The notes under the pieces: model-generated | The model's database searches: none | Told to the model about the DNA's origin: nothing | The model's input: only the letters and a program-made list of their open reading frames with translations | Made by a program: the position numbers and the translations under genes | Shown: piece by piece, positions 37,383-44,610 of the stretch | How positions within the stretch are numbered: position 1 is the first letter of the stretch | Layout of the letters: every line of letters begins with the position of its first letter | IMG/VR virus record: IMGVR_UViG_3300025913_000019 | Strand: one strand, 5' to 3' | Source of the DNA: a virus | Lineage: Duplodnaviria > Caudoviricetes | Length of the DNA stretch: 64,000 nucleotides

Positions 37383-37661
37383 ATGGGCTGGCGCTCGTGG
37401 TTCGGCCTCAAGGAGCCGGTCCGGTTCATGGATGAGAGCGACGAGAAGGTTCGTGGCGCCCTCACCCTGCTGTCCCAGCTCGGTAGCAACAACGTCCACT
37501 GGAACGACGTGGACGTGATGGCGACGGCGAAGGCCGCGCTGTTCGAGGAACCCAGGTACGCACGCGCGGGCCTGGAACGCATCGCTGCCGCGGTGTCGCC
37601 CGGTGATCTCTTCATCAACGGAGTTGACATCGGCCTCCTGGCCGAGCGCGGCTTGCAATGA
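37383..37661 (+). CDS. Hypothetical protein
   Basis: Coupled start. Confidence 0.6.
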   Translation: MGWRSWFGLKEPVRFMDESDEKVRGALTLLSQLGSNNVHWNDVDVMATAKAALFEEPRYARAGLERIAAAVSPGDLFINGVDIGLLAERGLQ

Positions 37662-37668
37662 GCAACGA

Positions 37669-37708
37669 AGGTACCCGGCACCTGGTTCGATCCCAGGGCC
37701 CGGTATCT
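37669..37708 (+). ncRNA. T-loop-capped minihelix
   Basis: AGGTACC/GGTATCT + GGC/GCC + CCTGG-TTCGATC-CCAGG. Confidence 0.35.
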
Positions 37709-37717
37709 CCGGCAGGG

Positions 37718-37832
37718 TGGAGAGTGACGAAATTGGTAGACGTGCTGCCTTGGCAAGGGTGGTGCCCCTCGGGTCTCGGCCGCCAACTGAGACAATGAGG
37801 ACCGCGTGCTGGTTCGAGTCCAGCCTCTCCAT
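37718..37832 (+). tRNA. Non-canonical type-II tRNA-like gene (GGC loop, about 43-nt variable arm, no encoded CCA)
   Basis: TGGAGAG/CTCTCCA acceptor, Leu-type D arm ACG-AAATTGGTAGA-CGT, T arm GCTGG-TTCGAGT-CCAGC. Confidence 0.6.
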
Positions 37833-37841
37833 TTCTCCGAA

Positions 37842-37850
37842 ACGGTAAAG
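37842..37850 (+). promoter_or_regulatory. Candidate phage promoter motif ACGGTAAAG
   Basis: Intergenic, before structured region. Confidence 0.55.
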
Positions 37851-37857
37851 AAGTAAC

Positions 37858-38075
37858 ATCGCGTTGCAGCGATAGGGCAAGCTGATCGTGCCCTGGTTTG
37901 CGCCTGACCAAATTCGGCGTTCGCGCTCGTAGTGGTCGGCCGTAGTTGACATGTGCCTGGCATGTCTGCGCCTAAGCACTCTGTGCACAGATTAGAGGCC
38001 CGCCGGGTTGGTTGCAGATCCTTGCCGGCGGCCACCTACATGTAGCTTGCGTGCCAGACACGCGAGCCTGATTCC
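37858..38075 (+). ncRNA. Candidate structured RNA
   Basis: Non-coding gap with several stems (37858-73, 37874-94, 37957-64/38050-57, 37997-38033). Confidence 0.4.
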
Positions 38076-38099
38076 CCAACCACAGCCTAGGAGCTGAAG

Positions 38100-38252
38100 A
38101 TGAAGAAGACCCTGTTCTCCGCCGCACTGCTGATCGCGGTCGCCCTCGGTGGCGTCGCCATGGCCCAGGATTCGACGCCGGACGGCTGCATGCCCGGCAA
38201 CGGCGGCTCGGCCCCCATCTGCACCCCGGGCACGGGCCCCGGCGGCAAGTAA
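38100..38252 (+). CDS. 50-aa secreted peptide with two Cys (missing from ORF track)
   Basis: SD AGGAG; MKKTLFSAALLIAVALGGVAMA|QDSTPDGCMPGNGGSAPICTPGTGPGGK. Confidence 0.7.
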   Translation: MKKTLFSAALLIAVALGGVAMAQDSTPDGCMPGNGGSAPICTPGTGPGGK

Positions 38253-38299
38253 AGATCAACGCAGCGAGGGCGAAAGAAGAGTCACCCGCAGTTGCAGTG

Positions 38300-38760
38300 A
38301 GAAGTCCCGCCTCCCCAGGGACGACGTAGTGTCCGAGCAATCGGGCGTGTGTCAAACCATAGGGAACATGGTCGTGTGTCGGCACTCGCCGACGAGAGTC
38401 TGAAGCTGACGGATGTTGGACGGGGGTTCGATTCCCCCCGGCTCCACCACTAGCGCCTGCGTACATGCGGGTGCTAGTGATGGGGCCGACCAGGTTTCGA
38501 CAGCGTTGCTGATGTGGAGGACGACGACTCGCGCGTATGGCCTAGTCTAGCTCAGCGTTACAGAGCCGACAGGGTACAAAACTAACTGCCAACGACGAGC
38601 AATTCGCTCAGGCCCTCGCGGCCTAAGCGCAGAACAGCTGCGGGTTCTACCTAGGCAACTAGGTGTGTACGCAGCCGGGCCGGACACAGCGGATAACCTC
38701 TGCTGTGTGTCTGAGTAAGCCGGGGCCGCAAGGTCCAGGTTAGGGACGGTGGGCTTCGGC
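38300..38760 (+). ncRNA. ssrA: Circularly permuted two-piece tmRNA (outer ends uncertain)
   Basis: Acceptor half ends CGGCTCCACCA at 38449; 5' half GGGGCCG starts 38482; G3-U70; tag ANDEQFAQALAA* at 38588-38626. Confidence 0.92.
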
Positions 38761-38805
38761 TCTCTGCTCCCGAACGTCCGGCCCACCCCTAACAATGAGG
38801 CATCG

Positions 38806-39201
38806 ATGACTGAACTGAAGACCGCACCGGTGGACACGGCCTACGCCGAGATGCAGGCCTACGTCGCCAAGTTGGAAGCCGCCGGCGTCAAGAGCGACAA
38901 CGGCTGGTACCCGATCATGACGGCTCCGTGGGAGATCGAGATCATGATCGGCCGCTGGCAGACGATCGGCAACAAGGAGCCGCAGTTCATCACCTGCAAG
39001 TCGAGCCAGGAGCACGACCCGGGCAACGAGTTCGAGGGCGAAGCCGCCTACGACTACTGGGCGACCGATGACGACACAGCAGGCGTGGTCGACTCGGCGA
39101 TGCCTGATGTCTGGCGTCCCATCTTTCCCCAGCCTGCGTTCATCAACACCTACGAAGACCAGCTGGCCGAACAGGCCGCGGCTGCCGAGGGAGAAGGCTG
39201 A
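38806..39201 (+). CDS. Hypothetical acidic protein
   Basis: SD GAGG; start refined. Confidence 0.7.
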   Translation: MTELKTAPVDTAYAEMQAYVAKLEAAGVKSDNGWYPIMTAPWEIEIMIGRWQTIGNKEPQFITCKSSQEHDPGNEFEGEAAYDYWATDDDTAGVVDSAMPDVWRPIFPQPAFINTYEDQLAEQAAAAEGEG

Positions 39202-39449
39202 TGGGAGTCGTCGTGTTTCCTGGCCACGAAGGTTCGGCGCTCGAAGCTCTGGCAAAGGCGAAGACCGCGGTCGACGAGATCGGCCCGGATGCACGGATCT
39301 TCATCTTCGTCCGCGATCCGAAGAAGCAGGCCACGCGCTCTCTGAGTTCGGAGTTCAATACCATCGATCTCGCAGTCGTGACCGCCTACGTCAACGCATA
39401 TTGCTCGGATCACATGATGCGAGCGCAGGGCGAGGACGGCGACGATTAG
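39201..39449 (+). CDS. Hypothetical protein
   Basis: TGATG overlap. Confidence 0.65.
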   Translation: MGVVVFPGHEGSALEALAKAKTAVDEIGPDARIFIFVRDPKKQATRSLSSEFNTIDLAVVTAYVNAYCSDHMMRAQGEDGDD

Positions 39450-39506
39450 TACAACGAGCCCCGGGTCGAGCAGTCGATGCCGGGGCTACCCATTTCTGGA
39501 GCACAC

Positions 39507-39935
39507 ATGATCGAGCACCACACCAAAGACGGTGAAGTACCACCGGTTCGTTTTCCTCGGCGCATGCTGCAGCTGTGGAGCCTGGGTCGTGCTCAGCGTC
39601 GACCCGACTGGCTCGCGCGCTTTCGACTCCGTCCTGACCACGAGCAGATCGATCTCGAATGGGGTCTCTTCCAGGTCTTCCACGATCTCGGCATCACCAA
39701 CCTGCAGACCGCGAAGGAATGGGCGCTCCTGCAGTACAACAGGCCCGAGTGCTTCGATGCATTTCCGATCATGGGCACTCGTGACATGTGCTGGCAGCTG
39801 AGCTGGTACGTCGAGACGTTGGAGGGTCGCTACCCCGAGGACATCAGCGCCCAGTACGCGCCGAACTTCTACCTGAACTCCAGGTACGGGACCGACATCT
39901 ACTCCTACATCTTCCATCCGCAAGCGAGGACATGA
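39507..39935 (+). CDS. Hypothetical protein
   Basis: SD GGAG. Confidence 0.65.
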   Translation: MIEHHTKDGEVPPVRFPRRMLQLWSLGRAQRRPDWLARFRLRPDHEQIDLEWGLFQVFHDLGITNLQTAKEWALLQYNRPECFDAFPIMGTRDMCWQLSWYVETLEGRYPEDISAQYAPNFYLNSRYGTDIYSYIFHPQART

Positions 39936-40408
39936 TGGCACACGAGTATCACATCGACGCCCTGTTCGGCGCGCACCTGGACGCGGCAGTCATCGCGACC
40001 TTGGGCAAGCCCTGGCGCATTGAAGTCTTCTGCGTCCGCTACCCGCACCCGGAGCGCCACATGACTGCGCGAGTCGTCAATGAGCACGGTCGCGTCATCA
40101 ACTTCAATCACGACAACCGGTTCCATCGTGACTGGCTGCACGCCGGTTACCTCATGGAGACCGGGAAGATCAGCATCTCCTGGCCTCAAGATCCGGTCAA
40201 GGGTCGACCGTGTGCCTGGGGTACGCCCGAGTCCGAGACGAGGTCATTCGGTCGGACCATGCCGGAGGCGATCACGCGTGCGTACCTGAAGCAGCACACG
40301 AAGTCCCCGTTCGTCGAGCTCGACCAGAAACTCGAGCTCTACATACCCTACCAAGACGACCTGCTGGCGCAGCTGGCGGGTGTCACCGAAGTGAAGAAGG
40401 ACTACTGA
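39932..40408 (+). CDS. NinX/DUF2591-like phage protein
   Basis: LDAAV..DWLHAGYLMETGKISI..GRTMPEAITRAYL. Confidence 0.55.
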   Translation: MMAHEYHIDALFGAHLDAAVIATLGKPWRIEVFCVRYPHPERHMTARVVNEHGRVINFNHDNRFHRDWLHAGYLMETGKISISWPQDPVKGRPCAWGTPESETRSFGRTMPEAITRAYLKQHTKSPFVELDQKLELYIPYQDDLLAQLAGVTEVKKDY

Positions 40409-40409
40409 C

Positions 40410-40901
40410 ATGAATCCGACTCGCCGTGGTTTCCTAGGTGCGATGCTGGCTGCGGCGGCCGCACCTGCAATCGTCAAGGCCGACTCGTTGATGAAGGTCG
40501 TGGTGCCCAAGCACGTGGCTGACGGGCACTTCATCACGATCTACGACTACAAGATCGGCAACGGTCCCACCACGTTCGACAAGCAGTTCAAGTCGGACGT
40601 GGTCGATGCGTACACGCGTGGCGATTGCCTGCAGCAGCAGTACGCGGACGTCATTGAGCGCGTCATGCTCGACGAAGACCAGGCGCCACTCATCTCGGGT
40701 GAACTCGGCTACGTGAATGGATTCACGGTCGTCGTCAGCGAGATCGACAAGTCGAATGTCGTCTTCGACCGCGGCGTCACCCAGCCCATGTTCATGGGTG
40801 CGAAGCGTGGGCCCAAGCCAGCACGTCGGCTCGGACGCAATCAGATCGAGTCGCTGTTCGACAAGGCACGCGACCTCGCCTATCTCAAGATCAGGAGCTG
40901 A
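40410..40901 (+). CDS. Twin-arginine (Tat) leader protein 1
   Basis: MNPTRRGFLGAMLAAAAAPAIVKADSLMK. Confidence 0.7.
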   Translation: MNPTRRGFLGAMLAAAAAPAIVKADSLMKVVVPKHVADGHFITIYDYKIGNGPTTFDKQFKSDVVDAYTRGDCLQQQYADVIERVMLDEDQAPLISGELGYVNGFTVVVSEIDKSNVVFDRGVTQPMFMGAKRGPKPARRLGRNQIESLFDKARDLAYLKIRS

Positions 40902-40903
40902 CC

Positions 40904-41203
40904 ATGCAGTATCCGCGAATCGTGATCGACGGCACGGACTGCCAGACACCGAGTGGTGATCTCAAGTCGGGCTGGATCATCACCTACGAGGTGACGCTCG
41001 ACGCTCAGGGTCGTGAGCAGCGCAGAGAGAAGAAGCGTCAATGGGCGCAGGACCCGAAGCCCGTTGTTTTCGACAACGGTATGACCTCGCAACAACATGC
41101 GGCGGCTGTCGCACGTGGCGAGAATCCCGGACCCCTGGTCAAGACAGGTATCTTCTATCCGCACAAGATGCTGGAGCTGATGCCAACTGAAGGAGTGCAC
41201 TGA
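40904..41203 (+). CDS. Hypothetical protein
   Basis: SD AGGAG. Confidence 0.6.
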   Translation: MQYPRIVIDGTDCQTPSGDLKSGWIITYEVTLDAQGREQRREKKRQWAQDPKPVVFDNGMTSQQHAAAVARGENPGPLVKTGIFYPHKMLELMPTEGVH

Positions 41204-41625
41204 TGTCAACACGTCGTGGTTTCCTGGGCGCCATGCTCGCAGCAGCCGTGGCACCCGCCGTCGTCAGAGCCGAGTCGCTGATGAGGCTGCCGTCGGCTCC
41301 GAAGATCCTGCGTACCTACTGGGATGGCTCGAACTGGCGTTGCGAGCCGGTGACTGTCGAGTCGCAGATAACTGCCGACCCGTGGTACACGCCGCCCGAG
41401 CGCATCATTCACGCACGGCCCTACGTCTCGGGTGACGAGATCAAGACGGCATCGGGCATCGACGAATTCGTCGACCGCGCGGTCGAACAGCTCTCGCGCG
41501 AGACCGGCATCTCCAAGCCCATGCTTCTCGGCCAGTCGTACAGCGATGGTCTGTACGCGGCATCGCGGCAGCCCTCGAAGTTGCCGTTCCTCATCGAGCG
41601 CGGGTTCATCAAGCGTCGAGTCTGA
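41203..41625 (+). CDS. Twin-arginine (Tat) leader protein 2
   Basis: MSTRRGFLGAMLAAAVAPAVVRAESLMR. Confidence 0.7.
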   Translation: MSTRRGFLGAMLAAAVAPAVVRAESLMRLPSAPKILRTYWDGSNWRCEPVTVESQITADPWYTPPERIIHARPYVSGDEIKTASGIDEFVDRAVEQLSRETGISKPMLLGQSYSDGLYAASRQPSKLPFLIERGFIKRRV

Positions 41626-41626
41626 C

Positions 41627-41803
41627 ATGGCACCGACCCATGTCTCAACAGATTGCAACGGCATGATCGCAGTCACGGTCATGCCGGAAGCAGAGGAGTC
41701 TGCAGCGGAGGGTAGCGAGCAGACCGAAGAGGAGCGCGGGCCAGACCTCAAAGACTGTAAAGAGGATCGTCCGCGTGACAATCAACTCAACCAAAGCCGT
41801 TAG
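41627..41803 (+). CDS. Small acidic hypothetical protein
   Basis: TGACATG junction. Confidence 0.4.
   Translation: MAPTHVSTDCNGMIAVTVMPEAEESAAEGSEQTEEERGPDLKDCKEDRPRDNQLNQSR
41754..41762 (+). promoter_or_regulatory. Candidate phage promoter motif ACTGTAAAG
   Basis: 44 nt before glycosyltransferase. Confidence 0.55.
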
Positions 41804-41806
41804 CAC

Positions 41807-42592
41807 ATGACCATCACTGCCAAAGAGATCGGAGAGAACTACCCGCTCTCCATCGACGACGCCAAGGAGTACGCTGGCCGCACCATCGCGAGCCGCGCCT
41901 TCTACCACACCGTCTTCTCCGCCGTCAAGAACAAGCTGCCGCTGTCCGTCGTCCGCATGGGTGATGGCGAGCGTCACCTCTTCATCGACTGCGCGACTGC
42001 TGCCGCCAACAAGGTGTCTGGCCTCCCGGTCGATTCGTTCGACACCGCGTGGCGCACGCGCATGGGCATCGAGGGCATGACCTTCGAGCAGCTCAACGAT
42101 TCGATGCGCGCGTCGATCGCTCTCACCAACTACTTCGGGCCGAACGTCAACGGCCTGATGCAGCCCAACTACAGCGTCTACCCGTGGTACAAGATCCACG
42201 GCAAGGGTCAGCCGCTGGTCGACAACTTCTTCGTCAACGAGTGGGACCTGGAACATCGCACCGCGCTCCTGAAGGCGGCCGGCAATGTCCTGGTGCTGCA
42301 CGCGAACCCGGTGACGGCCATCACGTTCGCACGCCGTGCGCGGGCCTACCTCAACGTCGGCATCCGCCACGTGAGCCTCAAGTCCTGGCGTGATGCCGAC
42401 GCGGCCCTCACGGAGTGCGCGAAGTGGGACTACCCGCTGGTCCTCGTCAGCGCCGGTCCGGCCTCCAAGTGGATCATCCCTGGGATCGCCCGACAAGGCA
42501 AGGTCGCGCTCGACATCGGCAACGCCATGGACCACTGGCTGCTGCTCGAACTCTACAAGGCCGACCCGTCGAAGCTGGACGCCGTCAAGTGA
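41807..42592 (+). CDS. GT-D-fold glycosyltransferase-like protein
   Basis: SVVRMGDGE and LVLVSAGPASK..GKVALDIGN match GT-D (DUF1792) signatures. Confidence 0.75.
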   Translation: MTITAKEIGENYPLSIDDAKEYAGRTIASRAFYHTVFSAVKNKLPLSVVRMGDGERHLFIDCATAAANKVSGLPVDSFDTAWRTRMGIEGMTFEQLNDSMRASIALTNYFGPNVNGLMQPNYSVYPWYKIHGKGQPLVDNFFVNEWDLEHRTALLKAAGNVLVLHANPVTAITFARRARAYLNVGIRHVSLKSWRDADAALTECAKWDYPLVLVSAGPASKWIIPGIARQGKVALDIGNAMDHWLLLELYKADPSKLDAVK

Positions 42593-43074
42593 CCGAGATC
42601 CACGTCCTTCCGTACCGCGAACCACCGCCCAGGTTGACCGCGACCGCAAGGTCGAAGACGTTGAAGGCGCACTACGAGGCCTTCCTCGCACATCATCGGT
42701 CTGACCAGCGCGTCGAGATCGAGGAAACGCTGCAAGACGAAACCATCGGCGACATCCTGACCTTCATCGGTCTGGAGCCGCTGGTGTCGATCAAGCACAT
42801 GCGGTCGATGGCGCGTCGCATTCGCATGCTGAGTCGTGGCAAGATTGGCTATCAGCAGGCGATCGAGTTGCAGGCTCGGGCTCTTGGCTACCGGACGCAG
42901 GCAGCCATGTTCGCGGCGAACCCGCGGAAGGTCGTGGCTCTCAACATTCGAGGCGGCAACGAGGTCCCATTCTCGATGTCGCTCTTCATGAACGAGAAGG
43001 AAACGCGTGGTGATCGTGTGCAGCGACGCAAGCGCACGCTCTACCTGCGCGACAACCCAGGAGCTCAAGCTTGA
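42589..43074 (+). CDS. Hypothetical protein with small helical domain
   Basis: AIELQARALGYRT resembles glyoxalase-superfamily-associated helical motif. Confidence 0.55.
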   Translation: MTEIHVLPYREPPPRLTATARSKTLKAHYEAFLAHHRSDQRVEIEETLQDETIGDILTFIGLEPLVSIKHMRSMARRIRMLSRGKIGYQQAIELQARALGYRTQAAMFAANPRKVVALNIRGGNEVPFSMSLFMNEKETRGDRVQRRKRTLYLRDNPGAQA

Positions 43075-43313
43075 GCGACTACAAGCAACCGATGCAGCAC
43101 GGCCCGGGCACTGGCCCCATGTACGTCAATGACATGCCTCTGAAGCTGACACCGCGGCTGAAGCGCTGCGCCCGATGCAACACCGATCGGGAGCCTCAAG
43201 GTGGCTGCCAGGTCACGGTCGATAAGTGGGTGTGCGGCAAGTGCTGGCGTCCCAGCCTTCACACCCAGCGGCTCAAGAGCAAGTCCAAGGCGGTCACGGC
43301 CCCGGCGGCCTGA
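43071..43313 (+). CDS. Small Zn-ribbon protein
   Basis: CARC..CGKC. Confidence 0.6.
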   Translation: MSDYKQPMQHGPGTGPMYVNDMPLKLTPRLKRCARCNTDREPQGGCQVTVDKWVCGKCWRPSLHTQRLKSKSKAVTAPAA

Positions 43314-43324
43314 TCAAATCCGAA

Positions 43325-43333
43325 ACTGTAAAG
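43325..43333 (+). promoter_or_regulatory. Candidate phage promoter motif ACTGTAAAG
   Basis: Intergenic. Confidence 0.6.
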
Positions 43334-43401
43334 AAGACAAGTGCACGTTTGCAAACACGCATAGCACTTCTTCACCACACAACGCAAGAGGTTACACCAA
43401 C

Positions 43402-44487
43402 ATGACGACGATCGACGCAGCGACCAAGACCATCCTGGTGCCTGGCTCCGTCTGGACCCGCGAGACCAAGAACGGCAACAAGGACGTCACGGTCCTGTTC
43501 ATCACGAACCAGGGCCTGCCGCCCGAGACGCTGGCCAAGTGCCCGCAGCAGGTGGTCTTCCTCAACGACGAGGGCGCCGTCCTGTCGATGAAGCCCGAGC
43601 AGTTCGTGGCCAAGCGCAACTTCTCGACGATGAACCCCGAAGCCGAGGTGATCCTCCGGCACATCGTCGAGGGCTTCGACGACGAGGACGAAGAAGGCGA
43701 CGACGAGATCGACCTGGACTCGATCCAGCTGCCCGAGTCGTCCGAAGGCGATGCCGACGTGAGCCTGGAAACCGAGCCGGTCGCCGAGAACTTCGAGACC
43801 ACGGGCAACCTCCTGGCCGTGCAGGCGCAGCAGCAGGCGCAGATGAACAACACGTCGCCGGTGCTGCAGCTGCAGGACGGCCTGAACGCCGCGCTGGTGC
43901 ACCTGCTGACGAGCCGCTTCGTCTCCTACTCCGAGTCCGTGGCGCCGAACGGCACCGGCGACACGCTGCACACGATGCGCTTCGCCCTGAGCCCGGAACT
44001 CGACCTCGACATGCTCAACAAGGCGTTCGGCCTCGAAGGCCCGATCACCAAGTTCACGATCAACAGCGCTGTCGCGCCGACGACGGTGGACATCGACGGC
44101 TTCTTCCAGGTCTGGCTCGAAGTCGTGGCACCGATGGGCAAGTTCCCGTCGCAGTCCTACGGCCTGGTCCAGCTGACGAGCCGCGGCGACTTCCGTGAAC
44201 AGCAGGTCGTGCAGCAGAAGCCGCAGCCCGCAGCCGCGCCGGTGGCCGCCGATCCGATGGAGACCCCGAGCGGCCTGTACCAGGCGCCGGAAGTCGAAGC
44301 CGAGACGGCCGACGAGCAGGCGGTGGCCAAGGCGGCGCCGGCTCACAGCTCGTTCATCAGCGACGCGACCATCGTGGGCCAGAAGCCGACGCCGCCGGCC
44401 GCCGAGCCGACGATCAACCTGGCTGCGATCCCGACCGAGACGCCTGCGGCGCCGCAGATGCCGGGTCTCAACATCGTGAACGCGTGA
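43402..44487 (+). CDS. Hypothetical acidic protein
   Basis: SD AGAGG; strong codon bias. Confidence 0.75.
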   Translation: MTTIDAATKTILVPGSVWTRETKNGNKDVTVLFITNQGLPPETLAKCPQQVVFLNDEGAVLSMKPEQFVAKRNFSTMNPEAEVILRHIVEGFDDEDEEGDDEIDLDSIQLPESSEGDADVSLETEPVAENFETTGNLLAVQAQQQAQMNNTSPVLQLQDGLNAALVHLLTSRFVSYSESVAPNGTGDTLHTMRFALSPELDLDMLNKAFGLEGPITKFTINSAVAPTTVDIDGFFQVWLEVVAPMGKFPSQSYGLVQLTSRGDFREQQVVQQKPQPAAAPVAADPMETPSGLYQAPEVEAETADEQAVAKAAPAHSSFISDATIVGQKPTPPAAEPTINLAAIPTETPAAPQMPGLNIVNA

Positions 44488-44551
44488 GCTGATCCGATCA
44501 ACTGGCAACTGCGAACCTACGACTAGAACGACAACGATTTGTTCCTGAACC

Positions 44552-44585
44552 GAAGGGGCCCCACTCGGGGCCCCTTCTGCCTTTT
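44552..44585 (+). terminator. Terminator-like hairpin
   Basis: GAAGGGGCCCC-ACTC-GGGGCCCCTTC then CTTTT. Confidence 0.65.
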
Positions 44586-44610
44586 CCGGGCCAAAATTCG
44601 AGGTGAAAAC

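Noticed and set aside
38310-38340. GAGAAGTCCCGCCTCC resembles RNase P GAAAGTCCGGGCTCC (similar at about 36337)
   Set aside because: No matching 3' P4 strand on the same strand; region better explained by tmRNA and neighbouring stems
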